From an uncultured virus (IMG/VR IMGVR_UViG_3300027743_000024) (lineage: Duplodnaviria > Heunggongvirae > Uroviricota > Caudoviricetes): DNA of 64,000 nt. The translations under genes were made by a program, and so were the position numbers. Below the pieces are notes generated by a model. It saw only the letters and a program-made list of their open reading frames with translations. It was not told where the DNA came from and made no database searches. Of the stretch, positions 1 to 12,000 are shown in pieces. The stretch lies in the IMG/VR virus record IMGVR_UViG_3300027743_000024. The stretch is one strand, 5' to 3'. The first letter of the stretch is position 1, and each line of letters opens with the position of its first letter.

Positions 1-11
1 CCCTCTAAAAA

Positions 12-3000
12 TTAACTAACATCCATTAGCAATTCTTCTTTCTGTTTATCAAATTTAGGATTGCCAACTAATATAGTCTTTTTTTCTGACTCTTGCAACT
101 TTTCAGTAGATTCTTTAACACTAGTAGATGGTTGAGTAACAAACTCTTTAAATCCTTCTATGTCTTGTTTACTTCCTAATATATGAATTTGTTCTGGTTC
201 AAATACCACATATTCAGAATTATAAATATCATTAAATTCTTTATTTCTATTTAAATCTGAAAATCCGTAAACAGTATCATAATTAGAATTTTTAAAAACT
301 TTTCCTATATCTCCGTAATTTTGACCTCTTGTAATATTAACTTCTTTTATACTTTTAGAATTTAATAAACTGGGTATTATATTTTTACCATAATTTTCAG
401 CAGCTTTTTTAAACACACTAAAATATAATCCTTGTCCTTTATTTCTTTTACCTTCTTTAGTAAAATCAAATTTATCAAATTCAGCATCAGTACCATGATA
501 AACAATATCTTTTACTTGACTATCAGGAAATATAGTATCTAAGTATTGAGAGTATTGTTCAATTGTTCCTAATTTAGCTAATTCTGGATTAGATTCAAAT
601 AGTTCTGATACACCTTCTTTAACACTAGTAGATGTTTGAGTTTCACCTTTTTCTTCTTTAGTCATAAAATCAGATAAATATTTATTAGTAGTAATTATTT
701 TATTAGGATCAACTTTTGAAATAACTTTATTAATTTGATCTTTCCAATTTTTAGTGTCATATTTAGCTCCTCTTTCTTGTATTCTTCTTTCAAACTCAGC
801 ATCTGTAAGATTTATAACTTTGTCAAAAGAGTCTAAATTATTTTTTAATAATTCAGTATTAGATGTAAATAATATTTTATTTTCAGAAATAGCTTTTTGT
901 TTTGCAACATCAAACAGTTCCTGCATTATGGTATTATACTCTTTATTCCATACTTGAGATCCACCATCTTTAACTTGATAAGGAGTTACTTTATAAGTTT
1001 CAGCTATTTTATTTACTTTATTGTTTATCTCTGTAGAATAGTCGTCATCTAGTGATATAAATCTATTATCACCATCTTTCTTTAAAAAACTTTTTCCAAT
1101 AGTAGGATGTCCAAATACTATTTTATCTGATTTTTTTAATTGATCATTTCCACCTTCTTCTTTAGTCATAAAACTTTCTCCTTTTTTAAGAGCTTCTTCT
1201 ATAGCATCTAAAGACTGAGCACTTTTAGGAGCATTTGTTGCTTTACCAATTTTTGTAACTGCAGGTCCAAAATCTTCTTTCTGTGCAGCTTTTTCTGCTC
1301 TACTAGCTTTTATATTTTTAATTATATGCCAGCTAGCAATAGCTTCATTATAAGACTGTTTACTAAATGGACTAACTGTATCATAACCAAAAAATTCAAC
1401 TTCATTGTATTCTGCAGTTAATGCCCACTTCTCTGTATATGTTCCTATATCTGTTTTAAATAATTTAGATACTTTACCTATTTTAATTACAATGAATTCA
1501 GGGAATTTAAAATGCTTTCTAGTTCCAAAACTTTTTGCATCAAAACTTGTCCAGAAACTATCACTGCCAAATGCTTGTTTTTTATCTCCTTCTCTAAATG
1601 ATTCATTTGTATTATTTAAAAATTTAAATATTTCCTCAGCTTCAACAGAATTGTTTTTATCTGGATGGAATTTAAATGACAATGTTCTATATGCTCTTTT
1701 AGCATCTTTAATTGTACTGATTGAGTTAAAAACATTTGTTATAAATTCTTTAGCTTCATTAACATCTTTTGTTTCAAAAAGTTTAATGTCATCAAGTATT
1801 TTAATTAAGCTTTCTTCATCTTCAATTTTAACTTCAGCTTTTTCTTCAACTTTAATTTCTTTTACTTTTTCAGCTTTAGTAGGTTCTTCTCCAGGCATCA
1901 TGTCCTTAGATTCAAACCTCATTTCATTCATGTGTTTAACTTTATCAAAACTTTCATTTCCATTTTCATTATTAACACTGAATGTAACTTTACCATTTTC
2001 AAGAGTTACTGCACCATATTCTTTTGAATCTTTTTCAACAAATGCTTTAATTCCAAAAGCTTCTTGAGGCATCTTTCTTGTAAATCTCTTTTGAGTTGGT
2101 AAATAAGAGTTTAATATTTTTCTAAACTCTTCTGATTCAGAATTAAAACCATTTTCATCAGTCTTGTTTATTAAATTACTTAATACATTGTCAAGACCTA
2201 CAGAAACATTCTCAAACATGAATGGAGATATGTATTTAACAAAACTATCATTCTTAAACTCAAGGTTGTCTTTAGTTATTAGATATTGAAAACAATTAAC
2301 AGCAAAATCTCTTGTCTCTTCATTCATGTAAAGATCTTGAAATGAATTTACAATATCATTAATAGATTCTGCAGATAGCTTTATAAAAGACTTACCTGAA
2401 ACTCTATCAAATTCTATTTTGCCATCAACTTCAATTCCTTCTTCATTAAATTTAATCTCTGGTCTTAACCATTTAACAAATGCATTATTACTAATTCTTG
2501 GATTAGTAGAATTTTGCATTTCAATTAATTGTTTAGCAAGAGTTTTTTCTTTAAATTCAGAGAATAACAAGCTATCATTTGAAGGATTGAAATCTGGATT
2601 ACCTCTTTTTTTTTCTTTCATCCATTTAACATATGCTCTAGTTGTAACAAACCCTAAGAATGTTCTTTTAATCTCTCTTATTTCATCATTCTTTAATCCA
2701 GGTCTTAAGTTAGCCATTAGTGTTTTTAATGCTGCTTTAAATGGCTTTGTTTCAGAAACAAAAATAGCTTCTGAATGGTCTAATATTAATAAAGCTTTCT
2801 TAATATTTTCCATTAACAACTTATCTTCTAATATTGCACCATGTAAAATAAATGCAGGATTTTTTTCATTGATTTGCTCAAGTCCAAACATGCCAGATAG
2901 CATTAATCCATCTAAAGAATCTTTTATAGATTTCTCTGCATCAGTAAATGATGTTGGTAATCCTTTTGTTAATTTTATAAGGTTATTTAAATATTGAAAT

Positions 3001-6000
3001 GATTTAGCTTCTTCTTCAATTTGAAGAAACTTAACAAATGCCATAATATTTACATCTCTATTATTATCATTAACACCATTCTGAATAAGATCTTTAATAT
3101 TTTCTGTATTTACATCAGAGTATTTATACATCTTAATAAGTCTGTTTAAATTAACTTTTTCTTCTGTACCAACTATCTCTTGAAGAATTGCTTGCATCTT
3201 AATATCTCTAGAGCCTTTTTCTTCAGCTTGTGTCTTAATACCATACTTGTTCTCTTTTAACATCTGAGCATAAGCCTGAATACTTGGAGCATTTATAATT
3301 ACTGCTGCATCTTCTTCAGAAACTCCTAATGACAACATATAATTAAATGGACTTAATATCTCTAAAGATAATCCAATTTTACCAGCAATAGGATCTTTAG
3401 CATTATCTGTCATTATAGATAATACACTTGAAAGAACGTCTGCAATTCTCTTTTTTGATTTATTTATATAAGAGAATTTTTGAAGTTCTTGTCCATTAAC
3501 TGATAAGAATCTTCCAATTCTTCCTATGTCATTTTTAGCTAAGAATGCAAATGCTTGAATAGCATTAGCTGATGGACCAATACCTGCCTTACCTGCAGAG
3601 TTTTGAACAAAAGATTTAATCATACCAAGTAATGAGCTTGATGATTGTTCAATTTCATTGTAAGTACCTTTTAATGTCTGTATAACTTTTGCTACATTTT
3701 CTAATGATTCTGAAGAAACAGATGTTAATTGAATATCTTCCAATCCTTTATTTGTAAGCATTATTAATTGCTGATCTAATATATCATTATTAAGAGCATC
3801 ATTATTAAGGCCAGAAGTTAATGCATATTCATTTTTATTAGATGGTAGTCCAAAGAACTTCATTGTCTCAATTGTAATATCATTATCAATCTTTCTAAGC
3901 GCTTTCTTTTGCTCTTCAGTTTTATTCTTTGTAGCTTTTAATGTTGAGTAAACAAGACTATTAATCTTTCTGTCAATTAATTCAGCTTTAAACAATTTAT
4001 TTTTCTCTAAATAGCTTTTGTAACTAGACCACTTATCATCTAATGTTGTTTCTGTTCCTGCTTTAATAGCTTTACCATCTTTCATCCAAAAACTTGGTTG
4101 TTGTATAAATAAACTATCAATATCAAAATCCGCTCCAGATAACAATACTAATTCAGCAGGAAATATTCCAGATCCTTCAGCATAATTTGGCATTACATCT
4201 ACAACTCTTAAAGATGTCATAAATGACTTATCTTGTGTTGGAATTCTATATCCTAACATTGTTGCAACATCAACTGGGATTTCATCACCAATCTTTAAAC
4301 CAAACTTAGAGAATACTTTTTCTGATAATATACATTCAGAATACACTTGTCCTGTCACAGGATCTTTAACATTATGAAGAAGTTTTCTAACTTTATTTCC
4401 ATCATAAGCACCTCTGTTAGCTTTAACAGTTTTGTTCATTATTACTTTATTGTTTTTATCAACAACAACAAATGTATGAGCATCAGATACTAATGACACT
4501 TTAGTTCCAGGAACTTTCTGTGATAATACACCACTACCAAAATGAGCTAAAAATAATTGTTCAGCTTTATCAATTGCTGGCAATAAATTCCAGTTCAATT
4601 CAAATATTTGTAATAATTGCTCATCAGCTCCAGAAGCTTCTAATGCTTTTAGGAATTTTACTTTTAACTTGCTTGTATCAATAGCTTCAGAATCTCCAGC
4701 CTCTCTAACTTTACCACTTATATTTTTGATATAAGATTGAGCCATTTTAAAGCTGTTATCTCTAGTCTTAGCCATATTTGATCTGTAGCTAAGTCTTATA
4801 TCTCTTAATGTTTGAACAGATCCATCTGGCAATGTAACTTCAAATAAATCATTTTGTTCACTATCAATTAATTGCATTAATTGAGTTCCAGATGTAATAA
4901 CATTTTTACCTGTAGGAGTTTCAACTTGCAATCTTTTGTATCTATTAGGTATTTTTATCATAGACTTAGACAAGTCTAAATCTTTTGATAATGAATCTTG
5001 AGGAGTTAATGTATAACCTTTTGATGCAGATTCTGCAACAACTTGATCAATACCATTAATGTCCATTTGATTAAGAATCTTATGCAATTGTTCTTTACCT
5101 TTTATTGGAGAATAAAGTGCAACAAGTTTCTTATTTATTTTTATTAAATCTTCTCTAGAAAAATCTTCATTAAGTTCTGCTTTTTCAAGCTCATCCATTA
5201 ATTTATCATATTCAGCTTGATTATCAACATGACTAACCTCATGTCTATGAATAATAGATTCAGATGTTTTAATATAAAACTCTCTTCCAAATGTTACAGT
5301 TTTCCAAGGATTTAAACTAACTTGAGCACTTTCTAAAGCTTCTTGTTCTTTAGCATTAATTTCAATACCTCTTCTAACTTTATTAAGAATTGCTCTTATT
5401 TCATTAGTTCTTCTGCCAAGTCTTTTAGCCATAAATATAATATGGTTAATACTAGACAATGACTGAGCATCATTAGAGTTTATTTTAGATGTTCCATCTT
5501 TTTTATCTGTTCTAACAAGCTGACCATTTACTGGCAACTTTTCAACATAAACATTTATATCTTTAATAAAAGCAATTACATGTTCACCTTTCCCTAAGTC
5601 AGAACCAGAACCCATAGCTCCTTTATGTCTCTTAACAATATCAATTGCTAATTCTTGTTTTGGAGCCTCAACTTCAATTGCTGTAGCATCATCTTGTTTT
5701 GCTTCAGCTAATTTACCATTAACAAATGTGTATTTCATTAATGATCCATCACTGTATTTTTTAACTCCTTTATCATCTCTTGACAATGCATAATCACCAT
5801 CAAATAATTGATTTAATGAAAATGAATTAACATAATCATTAATATACATTTCTTTTAATTGTTGATCAAGTTCTTCTTTTGAAAGAGCTGCATCTTTATC
5901 TAATAAATGAGTTGGCAATGCATAGTTTGATTCTAATTTTCCATCTTTTAAACTTATCAATTTATTATTAGCAAGCATTTTTTTAAATGCAACTATTTGA

Positions 6001-9000
6001 CTTGTTAATGATTTCTTTAATGCTTCTTTTATTTCTGCTTTTAATTCTTCAGATATTTCTTTACCTTTTCTTGCAGACTCAGTTATTTCATTGTATTTTT
6101 CTGGACCAACAACACTTAACATGTTTGAGAACTCTGTAAATCTAAATGCTCTGCCTGTTTTAGAATCATTATATCCCTTAACATTGCCAAGTCCAGATTT
6201 ACTTTCTCTAGCTATTCTATTGTATTCTCCTTCAAAGAATGAATATACAGTGTCAACACCTTGAGTATTAACTTCACCATCTTCACCTATAAAGTTTCTA
6301 ATCTTCATAGTTGATGTATATGCAGTGTTTGAAGCCTCATTCTGTCTGAACAAAGTTTCAACCATACCCTTAGTTTGTGAAAACCAAAATCCAAGATGTT
6401 GTAATAAATACTCTCTTTCAGAAAAATCTCCAAACACTTTACCTTCATTAGTTGATCTTGTGTGATCTCTAATACCATCAATTAAATTAATAACTAAGCC
6501 ATTTAAAGTTGAATCATCTTTAAATAATATATTATCCTTTAGAATTTCATATTTATTCTTTAAAAATTCTCTATATGATGGATTGTTTTTAATTTTAAGT
6601 GCCTCATCTAATACATAACTTGGCTTAATAATATCATGCCTTGTATTGTTATCTGATCCCTTAAAGTTACTTGCAGCTAATGACTCATCAAACATACCAT
6701 TTGCTACAGCATATTTAGATATTGTAGCTCTAATACCAAATCCTTGTTTATCATAAGGATCTTTGTTATTAGACACTAAATTTAAAAATGTCATACCAGA
6801 AGAATCTGCTTTTAAGAATGATATATCTAATGGCTCTCTATCACCAAACATGTCCATGTCATTCTTTTGACTTTCAGATATTTTTGTTTTTGATTTTAAT
6901 AATGAATATCTTAAATATCCAGATGAAAAATCAAATCCAAGCATTCTAAATGCATCCTGAACTTTTACTATTTGAGCATCAAGTTGTTCATCAGATATTA
7001 AAACATCTTTGTTTTCATTAAACTCATCTATTACATTATTAACTCTTTCAGTCCAGAATGCTCTATCTGTTTGATTATTATTTCTTATGTTAATAAGACT
7101 GTTTGCCCATTTTTGTAATGATATTTTTTCAGCAGTATTTATATTTGCATTGTAAGTTTTAACTTTATTTGATGTTAACAAACCTGTTGAGAAATCATAC
7201 CTAGGCATAAACTCAGTGTGCAAGAATGTAACTTTAGCATTTTTAAATGCTGTTATAAACATTCTTAAGTCATTGTTATTTCTCATCTTAGATACCATAA
7301 CACCTTGACTATCATAACTAACTTGTGCATTAGACATAATCATATCTAAAACAGCTTTAGCCTGAGCATTATCTTTAGCATAAACAATAAACTTTTCAAT
7401 CATCTTGTCCTCATCTGTATTTGCTAATACATGTCCAATACCATTATATATGGTTGGTCCATCAACAGACACCATAACCTTTTGATTTGTAAGTTCATCT
7501 ATAGCTTCATACATTGCAAATGTAATCCATTCTCTCATTAATTTACTTGATGATTCTTCTAATGATATAGTCCAAGATTCTTGAGAACCAAATCCAGTTT
7601 CTCCACCTTTTTCATCATCATTGTATTTTGAATCTTCTTCACTTACATCATCTTTTTCAATTTTAAACATGTCAAGTTTCTTATTAACTTGTTCAGTTAA
7701 TAAACCTTTTGCAACTTCATTTCTAAGTGTGAATAATTCATCGTCAATTGATTTTTCCAGTTTTATAGCTAAAGCTTTGTCTTCTAATGAATCTATATAA
7801 TCATAACCAGAAGTTTCAAGTGCCTCAATTCTTTCTTCTATTAAATCTTCTAACACTTCATCTCTTTCAGGCTTTTCACCTTTACCATTCCAATTTGATA
7901 GAATGTATTTTGTTCTTGCAGCAAATGTATTAATCATCTTCTTAGACTTTGTAGAGTCTATAAAAGAATTTTCTCCTGCCATAAGATTTTTATATGCAGT
8001 TTCACTTACAAGAGTTTGCTTATTTGCAACAGCTTTAGTTGAACTAAATGCTCCTCTATCTATTTTTCCAAAGAAGGCATCTAATTTGTCATTCCCAGTA
8101 ATGTAATTGAATAGTCTAGTTAGTCTCTTAAACAACTGAATAAGTCCAACCTTGGTTGTTTTTGATGCCTCTTTAGCATTCTTTTTCCAAGCCATAAATC
8201 TATCAGCCATATGCTCTTCTAATAGTAAAGCATATATTTGATTTTGAGACAATTCAGCATAATCCATATTGGATGCTCTTAACTCATCCATTGCTTTGTT
8301 TATGTTTTCAGCTGTCTTGTATTTTGCAATTACTTCTTTTTCAGCAATTCTTAAATACATGTCAACTTCTTTATCAGATATTGCATATCTAAACACAGCA
8401 TGAAATGCCTCATGATATCCAGTACCAGAAGCAGATTGATTCCAAAGATAAATTACATTCTTTTTAAATGCACCCCATACAGTTCTGTTTTTAATTGTGC
8501 TTCTAATTATTCTTCTTAAATCTTTCTTAGTTTCTATTCTGATTCCTTCTGGAATCATTTCTTCTATTTCTTCTATTTCTTCTTTACTAATTAATTCATC
8601 AGCTATTCCATCAGACATTCTAGCTGCACCTGCATCATCAAGTTTAGGAGCTTGTGGTTTAGCATTTATTTGCTCAGCCTTTTTCCTTGCTCTTTCTTCT
8701 GCTTTTGTTTCAGTTTTTATTTCAGCAGCAACTGATTCAGATTGTTTAGCTTTAGCAGATGTTTTACCACCTTCTAAAGCAGCTAGTTCTGCGTCATATT
8801 TAGCATTAAGAGTATCTAATAATTCTTTTTCTGAATTAGCTAAAATTTGTTCTTTTTCTCCATTTTTATTTATATAAGTGCCATACCATTCTCCAGTCTT
8901 AATCCATTCATCTGAACCAGAAGGAGACATGCTATTTTCTGAATAACCATCATAATTATTTTCATCAGCAACTTCATCAGAAACAGTGGTTAAACTTCTT

Positions 9001-12000
9001 CTATTTTCTATTTCTTTCCCTTCTGGCGTTTGTTTTAATTTTTCTATATCAGCTTTAATATCTGTAGTAGGTGAAGAAGGTGTAGAAACAGGAGTTGCAG
9101 TAATAGGGGCCTCAACAAAATTACCATTTTCATCAAACATTCCAATGTCATTTGATTTAGCTGGTGTCACTGTAACTGTATCAACAGTTTTAATTGCTGC
9201 TGCAGTTTGATTCAATGTTATTTTAACATCTTGCTTGTCAATAACTTTTGGATCTGTATATGTTTGGAAACTTGTTCCTGGATCACCTTTAAAAGATTTT
9301 GAAATTGACTGTCTAAAAGATTTAACATCTAATGTTACAGACACTTTCTTTTTATTTAATTTAGATGTCAATTCAGCTAGCAATGCATCAGAAGTTGTAA
9401 TTGTTTTCATATCTGAATTTTTGATATGAACTTCACCATCAACCTTAACTACTTTTTTACCTCCAGGTGTTTTTTCAACATGAGAAACAATTGCTCTTAA
9501 ATCTCCATTAGGAGCTATACCAATTTTAACACTGATAGCTCCTTTACCCATGCTCTTGATGCTTTCTTTTGATACAGATATAAATAAACCATCAGATATT
9601 TCCTTGTTTAATTTATCAACTTCATCTTGAGTAACTTCTTTATTTACTACTTTATCTGAAATAGATCTTAACTTGTTAAATATTTCATTAACACTTTCTT
9701 GTCCAATTTCAATTGGTGAAACTGGAATAAACATTCTTTTACCAGACTTGTTTTTGAATGCAAGTATATATCTTCCAAGGCTTTTAAATTCTTGAGGCAA
9801 TACAGCATCTTCAGATGATTCTTTAATACCTGCACTAGAAATCATTACAGGTTCAGCACCAGCTTCTTGAGCTTCTGCAGTTTGCTGATCAAATATTACA
9901 TATGATCCATTTGTTTTTACAATGTCATTTAAGCTTGCAAGACTTACTGCTTTTTCAGACACTGCAACTCTTCCATTGCTTATATTAATACCAATACCAA
10001 GAGCTTTAACTGCTTTGTTATCTAATGCTGTTCCAGCTTTAATGCTGTTAATTATTTGATACATAACAGATTTAGGATCTAAATTATTAGGGAAATACCC
10101 TAATACATTGTCACCTATTTTAATTCTAACTGATTTACTAACAACTCCTTTGTTATCAGTATAATCAACAGCATCAATATAAATAATATCATTTATATCT
10201 TCTCCTTTTGCTTCTGATCTATCAATTATTTCTTGAACTTGATCAGAAGACAATAGCTCACCTTTAGTTAAACCAGATATTCTTTCTCTTTCAACATTGC
10301 TTTTAGATCCTGTTTTTGTATCAGGATACATATATATTTCTTCTGAAACATCTTTTGTTATAACTCCCTGTGGAACTTCAGTAACAACTTCAACTGCATT
10401 AATAACAGCTTTAGGTGCTTCAATTATTTTCATTTTAAAATCAGTTGATTCACCTCTAAGTGCATCATCTTCTTCTTTTGAAATTAAATCTTTTTTACCA
10501 GAAGTGTCATCAGCTCTATAGTATACACTATGAACTGGAGTTTCATTATCATCAAAACTTATGTTATGATTAACATCTGTAACAGTTACTTCTTGCTCTT
10601 TACCATTATGAGTTACAATAACTCTATCCCCAACTTTTACTGAATTCTTATCTACTTTTTTCTTTTCAGAAGTTGATGCTGCAGCTTCAGCATTCATTTG
10701 TGCATTCATTTCTGATTCAGAATCAAACTGTGCAGCTGCTTCTTCTCTTTTTTTTGTTTCTTCAGTTTGTTTTATAGCATTATCTTTTTCAACTTTTTCT
10801 TTAACTTGTTTATCATACCAAGCCTTTAATGTTTTATTATCTTTAATCTTTAGCAATTCATTATATTTTGCTGTTATTTCTGATAAGTTAACATTGTTGA
10901 TTAAATATTCTTTATTTTTATTTGATTGGTCAACAGAAGATTCTGGCAAGTCTTTTTCTGACATACCATTTAATGAAAGTATTTCTTCTTTTCTTTTATT
11001 TAATTCAGCAAGTTTTGCTCTTGCAATTTTTAATCTTGATTCTAAATTATATGTTTTACTAAGTTTATTATCATCAACTGTATTTTCAATTGCATTTACA
11101 ATTTTCTCTTGATGGCTAATTAAATTACTAATATTTTCTACTGTTTCAACAACTCCTAATTGCTTAGAGTTTCTTTCTATAGCCATTGTTGAATAGAACA
11201 ATTCTGATTTTGCTTTAGCAAGCATAACCTTTTGTTCTGGAGATGTAAACATTCCTAAGAATCCATTAGGATCTATGTTTTCTAAATGATCCTCTACTTC
11301 TTTATATTTATTGTAAGCATTAATTATATTGTTAACCTCTTCTCCTGCTTGTTCATCAGACATTAAAGGCTGTCCTTTTTCATCTTTATTATCTTTTAAA
11401 TTTCTAACTCCTTCTAAAAGAAAATTAACTGTACCATTTTCAAAATGCTTTTTATATAATTCATCCTTTAATTTAAAAATCTTTTCATCAACATTTGCTA
11501 TTCCACCAGTTTTTAAATCTTTAGATGTTTGTACATATGTATTTATGTCTTTAGCTATTCTAACGCTTGCTCCAATTCCTGAACCTATCATGCCAAGTAA
11601 TCCACCTGCTTCAGCAGCAGCTTGAAATTCTTCATTTTCAGAATATCTTCCACCCATATTTGATTCACCACTTCCCATATAAGGAAGAGAATAGTTAATA
11701 GACTTAAATGTATCTTCTGAATCAGTTAATAGATTTTGCATAAAACCTTTATCTTCATATTGATTAAGATTTAATGCTTTATCAAATTGTCTTTGACCAG
11801 CTGCATATTGCAATCCTTCTTCAAGCTTTTCTCCTGTTCCACCTAAATATGCAAACCCTGCAGTTTTACCAAGTCTTGAATATTTGTTGTATCCTCCAAG
11901 TCTTTCTGCTCCTTTAAAAAATGAACTACCTTTAAACAATGAACTACCAATCATCATTTCAATTCCATCCATTGCAAGAAGTGACATGTTCTCTTTTTCA

